64,000 bases of DNA from Acidimicrobiia bacterium (GTDB taxonomy: Bacteria; Actinomycetota; Acidimicrobiia; Spongiisociales; ZC4RG35). How positions within the stretch are numbered: position 1 is the first letter of the stretch; each line of letters opens with the position of its first letter. The stretch spans positions 1,152,001 through 1,216,000 of the forward strand of contig CBDBCY010000004.1 of NCBI GenBank assembly GCA_965203555.1. Direction: 5' to 3'. The notes under the pieces are model-generated. The model ran no database searches. It saw only the letters and a list, made by a program, of their open reading frames with translations, and was not told the origin of the DNA. The position numbers and the translations under genes were made by a program. This document shows, in pieces, positions 17,834 to 26,844 of this stretch.

Positions 17834-20221
17834 TCAGGGTCCTTCCGCAAGGCCGAGAGCCCTGGTGAGAAAGGTTGCCATCTGTGCTCGGGTGACCGGC
17901 TGGGCGGGGCAGAAACGGGGCGGGTCGGTGCTGCATCCGACGGTGATGCCGGCTGCGGCGAGAGCGTCGATGTCGGTCTGGTGTGTATTGTCGCCGATGT
18001 CGGTGAATCCTGCCGACTGAGCGTCATCGAGGGGGAAGGCGCGGACCAGGAACGAGGCCATCTGGGCTCGCGTTACGGAGTCGTCGGGGCAGAATCGCGG
18101 CGGGTCGGTCCCGCATCCCCTGGTGATCCCCAGCACTGCCAGTCGCTCGACAAAGGGCGTCCACCAGGCGGCGGCGTCCACGTCTTCAAAGGCCGTTCCG
18201 TCTTCTGCGGGAGGGTCCGGGCCTTCGAGTGCCCTAACGATCCACACCGCCACGGTCCAGCGCTCGATCGGATCGTCGGGGCAGATACGGTTGTCGGCGC
18301 ATTCGGCGCCGTCCAGGACGCCTCTTTCCGCCAGGGTCTCCAGATGCTCGGCGTGAGCGTGACCCACCGTGTCGACGAACGCCCGACCCGGGTCGGGACA
18401 GGCCCACACCCCCGCATTCGCCGTATTGTCGAAAGACGCCCACCAGGCCTGCAACTCCGCAGGTACGCACAGGTCGGTGCCCCCGAGCCGCACGTCCTGG
18501 AGTTCCCCCAGGTCGGAGATACGCTCGGGGAGGCTGCCGGACAGTTGGTTGCCCGAGAGATCGAGCCGCATGAGTCGGCTCAGGTCGCCGATCTCCTCGG
18601 GCGCCGCGCCGACCAGGTTGTTGCCGAACGGGCCGCCGAGGTCGAGTCGGGTGACGCGCCCGGCGGAGTCGGTGGTGACGCCGTGCCATCGGCCCAGGGG
18701 AGTGTCGGTCTTCCAGCCCCAGCTGTTGAACCATGCCTTTCCACCGGTGGCGTCGAACAGCGCCGCCAGCGCCTCCCGATCGGCCCGATGACCGGGCTCG
18801 ACCGAAAGGGCCGGACCGTAGGTGTAGTTGGCGGCGGCGTTCATCATCGCCCTGCGCAGGCGGTTGCAGCTTCCCAGTTGGATGATCATGTGTCTGTTGG
18901 CGATCATTGCGAATGTGAGCGTCTCGCCGCCGGCCGCCACGGTCGTTCCGGCCAGGGCGGTCACGTCGTTGAGGGTGCCCGTCTTGGCTCTCAGAACGTT
19001 GAGGCCGGCCGGGCGTTGACGGACCGGTCGGCAGTTCATCAGCGCTCCCTGCTCACCCGGAACGGACAGGCCCTCCACCACCGGCGATCCCGGACCCGCC
19101 AAGTCGAGCAGCTCCGCCGCGGCGGCGCAGGACAGGCGGCTGTAGGAGGACAGGCCCGAGCCGTCGGCGATCACGACCCCCTCCGACAGCGGTCCCAGCT
19201 TCTCTGCGATGAGCGCCTCGACGCCCGCCGTCGCCGAGGCCCGGTCCGAGTCGGCGATCCGGCGTCCGATCTCTTTGAGAACCATCTCCGCGATGGTGTT
19301 GTCGGAAAAGTTCAGCATCCGGGCGAGGATCTCCGACAGCGGCGGTGACTGGACCGTGCCCAGCAGCGTCCGCTCACCGGGGGCAGGCGCCATCCCGGCG
19401 GCCGGTCTCTGAGTGATCACCATCCCCCGCGCCTCCAGCAGGTCGTCGAAGACCGAAGCGGCGTGCCGTGCCGGGTCCGCGGCGCGCACCCGCCGGAGCC
19501 GGGCCGCGGTGGTCCTCACGGGAATGTAGGACGAATACCCGTCGTTGAGGAGCAGCCCCGACAGGGGCCCGACGTTGTTGGAGGTCACCAGGGACCGCTT
19601 CCACACCGGATCGGCGCCTTCGGCCGGTATCTCCCGGCTGTAGTCGCGTTGGCGGTCGGGATACCAGGACTCGTCTCCCACCAGCCGTCCCTCAATCCTG
19701 GTGATGCCGCGGCTGCGCAGGGTTGCGAACACCCGGTCGGCCAGATCGTTGACGTCGGTGTGGGCGACAGGCTTCTCGTAGCGACTGACGTACCGGGGAG
19801 TGGAGAGCACCGGGTCGCCCTGCCCCACGAGGTAGACGTCGCCTCTCAGCACTCCGTCCGCGGCCGACTCGAAAACGTCTGCGCGAGCGAACACCTTCGT
19901 CGAATAGACCTCGTCGGGACGCATCACCTCCAGGGCGGCTGTGGCGGTGACCACCTTGATCAACGAGGCGGGCACCAGGCTGGCGGCGGACTTTGATTCG
20001 AAGATCGACTCGCCGTCGAGGTTTACCGACACGCACATCGAATCGGGGGCCTCCCACAGGGAAAGCACGGCTTCGAACTCCTCGACCAGCCGCTCTCTCA
20101 CCGCCGGGTCCGGTGAATCCGACTCGCTGAGGGCGACGGCAGGCGACAGCGCCGAGGCGACGACCGCCGTCATCACGAGGGCGGCGACGGGTCTTGCCCA
20201 ACCACGCGCCCGGTGTCCCAT
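17834..20221 (-). CDS. D-Ala-D-Ala carboxypeptidase/endopeptidase (peptidase S13, DacB-like) fused to LRR and SLH domains
   Basis: PASLIK (SxxK), SDN, DGSGLS and KTGT motifs. Then WHGVTTD..GRVTRLDL..NNL.G / LDLSGNQLSG LRRs, and C-terminal FCP..VTRAQMA.FL SLH repeats. Signal peptide follows ATG 20221. Confidence 0.9.
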   Translation of the reverse strand: MGHRARGWARPVAALVMTAVVASALSPAVALSESDSPDPAVRERLVEEFEAVLSLWEAPDSMCVSVNLDGESIFESKSAASLVPASLIKVVTATAALEVMRPDEVYSTKVFARADVFESAADGVLRGDVYLVGQGDPVLSTPRYVSRYEKPVAHTDVNDLADRVFATLRSRGITRIEGRLVGDESWYPDRQRDYSREIPAEGADPVWKRSLVTSNNVGPLSGLLLNDGYSSYIPVRTTAARLRRVRAADPARHAASVFDDLLEARGMVITQRPAAGMAPAPGERTLLGTVQSPPLSEILARMLNFSDNTIAEMVLKEIGRRIADSDRASATAGVEALIAEKLGPLSEGVVIADGSGLSSYSRLSCAAAAELLDLAGPGSPVVEGLSVPGEQGALMNCRPVRQRPAGLNVLRAKTGTLNDVTALAGTTVAAGGETLTFAMIANRHMIIQLGSCNRLRRAMMNAAANYTYGPALSVEPGHRADREALAALFDATGGKAWFNSWGWKTDTPLGRWHGVTTDSAGRVTRLDLGGPFGNNLVGAAPEEIGDLSRLMRLDLSGNQLSGSLPERISDLGELQDVRLGGTDLCVPAELQAWWASFDNTANAGVWACPDPGRAFVDTVGHAHAEHLETLAERGVLDGAECADNRICPDDPIERWTVAVWIVRALEGPDPPAEDGTAFEDVDAAAWWTPFVERLAVLGITRGCGTDPPRFCPDDSVTRAQMASFLVRAFPLDDAQSAGFTDIGDNTHQTDIDALAAAGITVGCSTDPPRFCPAQPVTRAQMATFLTRALGLAEGP

Positions 20222-21025
20222 GGGGCTCCCGCGCGGTCCCGGCCTTCGATACCAGGGATTCGGGCGGGCGGCGACTTGCCGTGTCTTCGATGAACGACTC
20301 ATCCAAAAAGCGAGTCTATGGCATTCGGCCACACAAGCGTGGGAACCACCAGCGCCGGGGCATTCCCATCACCGTTAGGTTGAATTATCGGGTGAAGCCA
20401 ACGAGACGGACCGGAGACGGACCGAGGCCGACCACCATCGGGAGCCTTGCAGTCTTCATAGCGTCTTTTGACGCCCGGAATCGTACTTGTGATGCCCGGA
20501 TTCGTACTTGGCGCGGCGGGAGACGCTATTTCCCAGCAAGCATCACAGCACACTCCGAGAGACCGCTACGGTGCGTAGAGGGCAGGAGCGTCTCGGGGAT
20601 AGGATGTTGCTCTGCGGAATGGGGCAAAGCGTTCTGCCGACAACTGACTCTCGAGTTCTCCGGCGGTCATACTCGGTTGGGTTCATCGTCTTGGACGCTT
20701 GGTATTCTTCGTTGGTGAAAGCCCCGGTCTGGTGGCCTACCCGCCACCCCCGGGGTTGTGTTATGACCTTCCGTAGGTTCACCAGGCAGCGTGGCAGGGT
20801 CCGGGGGGAAGAAACCGACGCGGACGTGGCTCGGGGGTCAGTGCCATTGGGCCGAAAGAACCCGTTACGCCCAACCCCCGGTCATCCAATGGACTGATGG
20901 AAGGACATCTTCCGGCCCAATTTGATGACGGCAAACGGGGACCGGAGGAGGCGCAGACCCCTCTCAGTCCTTGCAGATCGTCGTGTAAGGCGGCCACTCT
21001 CGGGGCCCTCCGACCCGCAGTCGGG

Positions 21026-22030
21026 TCAGGCGAGTCCGCGGGCCAGGTAGTCGATGACCACGGCCGGGTAGAGGGGGTCGAACGGGCGAGCGAAGTTCTG
21101 CATGGTGATCTTCTCCTGAACCCGGGTCTCGTAGTCCTCGGCGTCGAACTGAAACGAATGGTTGCCGGCTGGAAGAATGCGTAGTTCTACATCCCGGTTT
21201 CCGGCGGCCCACATGGCGCGGACGGTGTCGAAGGCGTCCTCCACCGGGACGTTCAGGTCCTCCGAGGAGTGGAGCACGAGAGTGGGAGCGGCGAGAAGGC
21301 GGAACTGGTCTTCGGGAGGGAAATCCAGGTCGTATCGGAGACTCGACAGGTCGCGGGTGGTTGTCACACCGTCGATCTCGGCTTCGGCGACCGATTCGCC
21401 ACGCTCGATGGCGCCGACGATGGCATCCAGCATCAGCGCATCCTCATACGCCTTGGGAGAGTGCTCCCGGAGCCATGCCACCTGCTCTTCGCCGAGTTGC
21501 ATGTAGTCGCGCACCAAGCCGTAGTTGTACCTGAACAGATCTGCTATGGACCGGTACAGGGCGCCCTGTAGCACCGCCGCGTCGGGTTGGCAGACCTCGA
21601 GCGCCACCCGGCACAGGACGTAGGCGCCGGCGCTGTGACCCAGCATGGCTGCTTTCCCGCTGCACTCGGGCAACTCTCTGACCCAGCGCCACACCGCTCC
21701 GGCGTCAGCGACCTCCTGGGGACGCTCCACCCCGAATTCTCCGGTGCTCTCGCCGGCGCCTCTCCGGTCAAACCGGTAGGAGGCGATGCCGGCTTCCGCC
21801 AACCCGCGCGCCAGGATCTTGTACATGCCGCGCTTGGGAGCGTCGGGGAACCGCCTCGGATCGGCGTCCGCGTCCCGCAGGTCGGAGAAGGTCCCGCCCA
21901 GCAGGAGGGTGACGGGCCACGGTCCGTCTGTGGTGGGACACGTCAGGGTTCCGGCTAGGGTGGCGCCGTCGACCTCGACGGACCGGTCCTCCTCGCGGAA
22001 GGTCGGTCTCGAGTCGGCGGGGTCGCCCAT
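21026..22030 (-). CDS. Alpha/beta hydrolase
   Basis: LAGTLT.P, RFDRRGAGES, nucleophile motif GHSAG, Asp in EDLNVP, His in GNHSF. Confidence 0.88.
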   Translation of the reverse strand: MGDPADSRPTFREEDRSVEVDGATLAGTLTCPTTDGPWPVTLLLGGTFSDLRDADADPRRFPDAPKRGMYKILARGLAEAGIASYRFDRRGAGESTGEFGVERPQEVADAGAVWRWVRELPECSGKAAMLGHSAGAYVLCRVALEVCQPDAAVLQGALYRSIADLFRYNYGLVRDYMQLGEEQVAWLREHSPKAYEDALMLDAIVGAIERGESVAEAEIDGVTTTRDLSSLRYDLDFPPEDQFRLLAAPTLVLHSSEDLNVPVEDAFDTVRAMWAAGNRDVELRILPAGNHSFQFDAEDYETRVQEKITMQNFARPFDPLYPAVVIDYLARGLA

Positions 22031-22062
22031 CTACTCGCCGGGTGCGCCGTGGGTCATGACAC

Positions 22063-22500
22063 CTATCCGGGGAAGGTGACCGGGCCCACCACATCCTCGA
22101 CGTCGTCGGCTTCGATCACGTTCCGGCCCCGTCCGATGGCCTCTTCTTTCATCGTGTCGAGGTTCACGCCGGGCGGCGGGGGTGCGAAGCTGAGCACGAA
22201 CGAGACCGTGTCGGAACCCCGGTTCTCCACTCCGAAGGGCATTCCTCTGGGTATGTGCAGCGCGTCTCCCGGCGCCAGTTGCACCCGCTCGGTGTCGAGG
22301 ATCCCGTCGAGATGCCCCTCCAGCATGAACAGCGAAAGCTCGAACAGTTCGGCCTCCTCCGCATCGGGCGGCATGTAACCGCCGGCGGGCACATGGGCCA
22401 CGTAGGAGAACAGTTCCTTCCCCGAAACCAGCGGACGGTAGTAGTAGCCGTCATCGGCATGCTGGTAAGCCTCGACTTCGGTGAACCTTCGGATGTTCAT
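22063..22500 (-). CDS. Cupin-domain protein
   Basis: FMLEG...LAPGDALHIPRG.PFGVEN beta-barrel pattern. The canonical metal-binding His residues appear replaced. Confidence 0.8.
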   Translation of the reverse strand: MNIRRFTEVEAYQHADDGYYYRPLVSGKELFSYVAHVPAGGYMPPDAEEAELFELSLFMLEGHLDGILDTERVQLAPGDALHIPRGMPFGVENRGSDTVSFVLSFAPPPPGVNLDTMKEEAIGRGRNVIEADDVEDVVGPVTFPG

Positions 22501-22672
22501 TGCTACCCCCTGTGAGATCTGTGGTCGCCGCCTGCGGCCTCTTGCCGCACCGGCCAGTGTCGGCTGTGTCGTTGACTCAGCCTAATGAAATCTGGAAACA
22601 ACGAAGGCCCCGAGTGGGAGGTTCACCGCTTTACCGATACTTCGAGAATTCTCCGTTACAGCCGCATGTGAA

Positions 22673-22966
22673 TCAAATGTAGCGGGCGTGGAATACGATC
22701 CAGACATCTCTATCCCTGATACGTCCGTCCTGGCGCAGGGCGATTTCAAGTGACCTGCGCCTGCCGGTGTAGCCGACCGCGACGGTGCTTCGGCTTTGAT
22801 AAAGGCTGTCCAGACGGCGGTCTTTCTGTCCCGGTTGGATCTTTTGCAGTCTGTGTCTGAGCGTTCTTGACACAAATCGAATGTCACTCTCGGCAACATC
22901 GTGTTTCAAAGCTGACCCGATGAGATAGATTTCCGACTCTGCGCGCGGCCAGGGCACTCTCGGCAA
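22673..22966 (-). CDS. Putative BrnT/RelE-like toxin
   Basis: SALKHDVAESDI...VGY...SLEIAL...IVFHA resembles actinobacterial 'SARKHG...LLE...VIHAM' toxins. AGGAGG RBS lies before the TTG start. Confidence 0.55.
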   Translation of the reverse strand: MPRVPWPRAESEIYLIGSALKHDVAESDIRFVSRTLRHRLQKIQPGQKDRRLDSLYQSRSTVAVGYTGRRRSLEIALRQDGRIRDRDVWIVFHARYI

Positions 22967-22992
22967 CCGTCCCCTCCTTTCCTGCTACGTCG

Positions 22993-24060
22993 CTATTGGG
23001 TCCCCTCTAACAGCGGGATGCTTTCGGGCAGGGGACCTCGGTAGAAACGGAGATCATGCTCAGCCATCCTTCGATGTGCTTCGGCCAGTTCCGATCGCTC
23101 ATCCTCCGAATAGCCGCATCTGCTGATGATGTCGTCCACCGTCGCAGTCAGCAGGTCGAACTCCACCAGCCTGTCCTCTTGCTGATGCGGGACGTAAAAG
23201 GCGGTGTCGTGCGGTCCCCTGGGGCCCTCCTTGGCTATGCGCTCCGCTTCCTCGTCCAGGGGGTCGGGATCGTATCGGTCAAATAGGTGAGCAGCGCTCC
23301 TTCGGTTGTGGCCGGCCAAAGTGGCGCTTTCGGCGTCACTCCCCCGGGATCCGCCTGAAATCTCATCGTCCCTCTCTCTTTCAACTACTTCCAAGACTCT
23401 TGCTATGAATCCGGCCATGGTCGCACGGGTGATCAGCGCCGATGGTGCGTAGGTAGTGGATGACATACCCGAAGCAACACCCAACAGGCGTAGCTGAACT
23501 ATGGCGTTGTAGGCGGCGACCGTGACCATGCCCAGGTCGGTGAATGGCGTCCCCGCCTCCGAGACTTGCGTGTTGTGTATCACGTCGGCAGGTGTCCGTC
23601 CACGCTCTTGGAGAAGAGGAATCCGGTTCATCAGATGCTGCAGAAACAGAGCCATCTGTCCGCGGGTGACGGCTTGGGAAGGACTGAAGGTGGTCGTAGA
23701 GGTCCCATATGAGATCTCAAGCTTGGTCGTCAACTGATCGATGGCCGCCCGGGACTCATAGGGGAGTTGAGCGACATCGGAGAACCTCGTATCGCCGGCC
23801 GGGGGGACTTCGATGCCCACTAGCACCGCCAGGCGGATCAAAGACAAGGCCACCTCCTCCCGGGTAACCGCTTGGAGGGGACCGTATGTGTTGGCCGAGG
23901 TGCCCCGGATGATGCCGCGATGCACGACCAGATAGATGTCCTCCTCGTTGGGGTGCCCTGGGGGAACGTCCGCGAACCTCCCGCCAAGCGGCTGATGTGG
24001 TTCAGCGGTCTCGCGAGGCGATGAGCCCCTGTGCTCTTTCAGGCCGGTGGATCCGATCAC
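22993..24060 (-). CDS. SLH-domain protein (3 repeats) with acidic C-terminal extension
   Basis: FADV...TYGP..AVTR, FSDV...TFSPSQAVTRGQMA, FTDL...TYAPSALITRATMA. No clear signal peptide. Confidence 0.8.
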   Translation of the reverse strand: MIGSTGLKEHRGSSPRETAEPHQPLGGRFADVPPGHPNEEDIYLVVHRGIIRGTSANTYGPLQAVTREEVALSLIRLAVLVGIEVPPAGDTRFSDVAQLPYESRAAIDQLTTKLEISYGTSTTTFSPSQAVTRGQMALFLQHLMNRIPLLQERGRTPADVIHNTQVSEAGTPFTDLGMVTVAAYNAIVQLRLLGVASGMSSTTYAPSALITRATMAGFIARVLEVVERERDDEISGGSRGSDAESATLAGHNRRSAAHLFDRYDPDPLDEEAERIAKEGPRGPHDTAFYVPHQQEDRLVEFDLLTATVDDIISRCGYSEDERSELAEAHRRMAEHDLRFYRGPLPESIPLLEGTQ

Positions 24061-24301
24061 AGATTCGATGCTAATGGCGCCTTGGACTTGGGGTTGGTGG
24101 AGTATCGGTCGTCCGTCACCCTGCGACCTTTCTGGTCAGATGAGGTATTAGGTCTCACACCGGCGTTACCGTGCGGCCTTGTCCTCCCTACGGGGACATG
24201 ACGGTTGGATCAGGAAAATGGGCCGCCAAACGTCTTGTCTCTGATCGGTAGCAACCGTACGATGTTTAGGTGTATACCCGGCATTCACCAGCGAGAACTC
24301 C

Positions 24302-24476
24302 ATGGACCACAACCTGAATTTCAACGAAAGAACGCCGGAGGAAGAAACGGCGCTACCGAGTGAAGAACCGCCTGCGGCTACGGGAAGAGCCTCAGACCAA
24401 ACAGGAGCGGCAGGACGCTATCGACATGATCTTCGAAAAGGACAGCGAGTTGCTCCAGATCCTCGCTGACGCCTGA
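24302..24476 (+). pseudogene. Possible decayed CopG-like antitoxin
   Basis: Two frames give 'TPEEETAL' and 'AIDMIFEKDSELLQILADA*', reminiscent of Doc-associated antitoxins. Weak. Confidence 0.3.
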
Positions 24477-24601
24477 TCAGTTCGATTAGGTGAACAGATG
24501 GAGAGAGAGTATCTAGCTGGGTCCCCCTTGAGGATGTTCTGGCACCCTGGATCAGGAAGTGGCTTGTTGTGTGCCTCGGTTCGACGTACATTGGGATCCC
24601 T

Positions 24602-24874
24602 ATGAGCGCCAAGACCAAACAGTGGACCCTCAGGGTGACACCGGCCCAGGACACCATCGTGCGCCGGGTGCTGAGTTCCAACGGGATGTCGCTGAGCGAG
24701 TACGTGGTCAGCCGTGCGGTCGCCTCGGCTGTCCAAGAACTGGCTGACCGTCAGGTCTTTGCCGTGTCCGAAGAGGCATGGGAGAAGCTTCAAGAAGTGC
24801 TCCAACGCCCGGCGACGGCCAGGCCGAAAGTGGCAGCGTTGCTGGCGGGGGACTCAGTACTCGACTCGGGATAG
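24602..24874 (+). CDS. DUF1778 (TacA-like) antitoxin
   Basis: LRVT...SLSEYV...LADR..F.VSEEAWE..Q..L.RP...P.VAALL. Confidence 0.85.
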   Translation: MSAKTKQWTLRVTPAQDTIVRRVLSSNGMSLSEYVVSRAVASAVQELADRQVFAVSEEAWEKLQEVLQRPATARPKVAALLAGDSVLDSG

Positions 24875-24975
24875 AGCCCATACCGGGGCTGTAACTGCCG
24901 GGCTGCTTCGCATGAAGTTGACAGAGTCGACGGCCGCAATGAGTCGCTCGACAACTGGCTCAAGCGGCGGGCGCC
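24875..24975 (+). pseudogene. GNAT (TacT-like) toxin N-terminal remnant
   Basis: HEVDRVDGRNESLDNWLKRRA matches the H...FDCG..SLD.WL.RRA start of GNAT toxins. Directly follows the DUF1778 gene. Confidence 0.65.
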
Positions 24976-25084
24976 ACGCCACCGGCTGTGGTCTCTTGCA
25001 GGCGCTCTTCGTCCGCCCGGGAGAGGCTGTGGAGAGCACCCGCCGCCGGCGCCGGATGCAGTTGCGCGATCCGGTCAAGCCGCT

Positions 25085-25205
25085 CGGCAAGGTGGTCTCA
25101 AGATCGTATTGGCTCTGTAACCCCATCCAGAAGAGCGGAGAATTGCCGAAAAAGCTCGCCAGCAGCAGAGCCGTTTCAGCAGTGACGGCCCGTTCGCGCG
25201 GACGA
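25085..25205 (-). pseudogene. HigA antitoxin C-terminal remnant
   Basis: RAVTAETALLLASFFGNSPLFWMGLQSQYDLE is the HigA signature. Confidence 0.8.
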
Positions 25206-25467
25206 TGCCTCACCGGCACGCCTGACGTCGCCCAAACGATCCGAATGAGGTGAGAGGTTGACTGGCCATCTAGTCGTGTCTAAGTTAGGGCGTGTTCACA
25301 TTACATACGCGCCGCGGATGAGGTGGAGGTGATGAGAGCGAGGAATCTTAACCGACCGGGAGGCCGGTTCTGTCACCGGCGCCCGGTGGGTGCTTTTCGG
25401 TAGCCGTAGACCTCTGGGGTGAGATTTTTCGGTATTTTAGTGTTTGTTTTCACAACTTGGTGATGTT

Positions 25468-25490
25468 TTGTCACACCCCCTGTGCATACT
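25468..25490 (+). promoter_or_regulatory. RecA-NDp/PafBC-like DNA-damage promoter, leaderless
   Basis: TTGTCACAC-N8-CATACT followed 6 nt later by ATG 25497, resembling tTGTCRgtg-N8-TAnnnT. Confidence 0.5.
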
Positions 25491-25496
25491 GTACAC

Positions 25497-26726
25497 ATGA
25501 AACAAGCAGTCAACAGTCGGCGGTCCGCCAACCTGGCCAAGTTGCTGGCGCCCACCATGCCGGTCGTGGACGCGTCGGTTGAAGAACTGAAACAGCGAAT
25601 ACAGTCCACCATCCGCGTCCAGAACCAAGCCGCCGCGGTCCGCGCCCAAGCAGTGTCGGAGTTGCGCCGCCGCCAGGGAACAGAGAAGGTGGAAACGGTA
25701 TTGCGGGAAGACGGTCTGTTGGGCCGTCGGAAGGCCCGATCTGAGGCGGAGACCGCCCGGGGGTTGGAGGAACTGCCCAAAACCCGGGAAGGTTTCCAAA
25801 AAGGAGAGATCTCTGCTGACAACGCCCGTATCCTGGCGGGCGCCAACCAGAGGGGAACCATCAACGAGGACGAATTGTTGGACGGGGCCCGTTCCCAGTC
25901 TCCCGACAAGTTCGCGGCCACGGTACGCAAACACGAACAGGCCCGTGCCCAAGATGATGGTGTTTCCAAGTTGGAGCACCAGCGCTCCCGCCGGTTCGCC
26001 AAGATCACCACCGACCAAGACGACGGAATGACCGTCCTGTACGGGCGTTTCGACCCGGTCACCGGCGCCCGGGTCGAAACCGCGGTGTCTCACATGATGA
26101 AACAACTATGGCACCAAGAAGACCCCAGGGATCGGGCCACTGCGGGTCAGCGGATGGCCGACGCCATAGCCGAACTGGTCACCCGCCAAGGAAAAGGAAA
26201 AGACGGTCGTTCCCAGGGCGCGCGCCTGTTGTTGATCGCCGACTACGACACGATCAGCCAACAGTTGAGCAACCCTCGCCTCGAGAACGGAACCCCCCTC
26301 CCCGCCCGTACCCTGCGACAGTTGGCCTGCGACGCTCAGATCCTCCCCGCCATCTTCTCAGGACCGTCGGTACCCCTGGATTTGGGAAGAGCCCGGCGAA
26401 CAGCCAGCGGTTCCCAACGGGCCGCCCTCGTCGCCCGCGACAAACACTGCATCGGATGCGGCGCCAAAGCCTCCTGGTGCCAGGCCCACCACATCGTCCA
26501 CTGGCAAAACAACGGTCCCACGAACCTGGACAACATGTGTCTTCTGTGCAGCAGATGCCACCACAAAGTACACGACCAGGATTGGACGGTACACAAAACA
26601 CCCACCGGCAAATACACCCTCCGCCGCCCACCAACCACCGACTGGAACCCACGTCGCCGCACCCCCAACCGCTACCGCCCCCCACCCACCCGCAAACGCC
26701 GACGTCCCATGCATCAAAGAAAATGA
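25497..26726 (+). CDS. DUF222 / HNH endonuclease (13E12-repeat-like)
   Basis: QRMADA, LACDA, PLDLGR..R, RDKHCIGC...CQAHHIVHW..NGPTNLDN...LCSRCHHKVH. Confidence 0.92.
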   Translation: MKQAVNSRRSANLAKLLAPTMPVVDASVEELKQRIQSTIRVQNQAAAVRAQAVSELRRRQGTEKVETVLREDGLLGRRKARSEAETARGLEELPKTREGFQKGEISADNARILAGANQRGTINEDELLDGARSQSPDKFAATVRKHEQARAQDDGVSKLEHQRSRRFAKITTDQDDGMTVLYGRFDPVTGARVETAVSHMMKQLWHQEDPRDRATAGQRMADAIAELVTRQGKGKDGRSQGARLLLIADYDTISQQLSNPRLENGTPLPARTLRQLACDAQILPAIFSGPSVPLDLGRARRTASGSQRAALVARDKHCIGCGAKASWCQAHHIVHWQNNGPTNLDNMCLLCSRCHHKVHDQDWTVHKTPTGKYTLRRPPTTDWNPRRRTPNRYRPPPTRKRRRPMHQRK

Positions 26727-26844
26727 AACAGCCCGCCACCCAAAAGCGTGAACACGCCCTAGTCGAACCGCTCTTAACCGCGGTTAGATCACAGAGGGCA
26801 TTTGGTTGCCGCATTGAGACGTCATGGGGCGGTAAGGATCCTAG

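Larger units (their letters stand above)
25288..26760 (+). mobile_element. Putative non-autonomous IS5-like transposon carrying an HNH gene
   Basis: Perfect inverted repeat TAGGGCGTGTTCAC (25286-25299) / GTGAACACGCCCTA (26748-26761) encloses the HNH gene. TA lies at both outer boundaries. Confidence 0.6.

Noticed and set aside
20715-20830. SAM-IV riboswitch, SRP RNA or c-di-AMP riboswitch
   Set aside because: Only short superficial matches (AAGCCCCGG, CAGGGTCCGG). The core conserved motifs are absent.
20890-20960. Hammerhead ribozyme or c-di-GMP riboswitch
   Set aside because: CTGATGG is not CUGANGA, and GGCAAAC lacks the paired GNRA stem and second hairpin.
25346-26780. 9-bp direct repeat TCTTAACCG as the target duplication of the HNH element
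   Set aside because: One copy is inside and one outside the 14-bp IR pair, so it conflicts with the better-supported boundaries. It may be chance, though this is not fully excluded.
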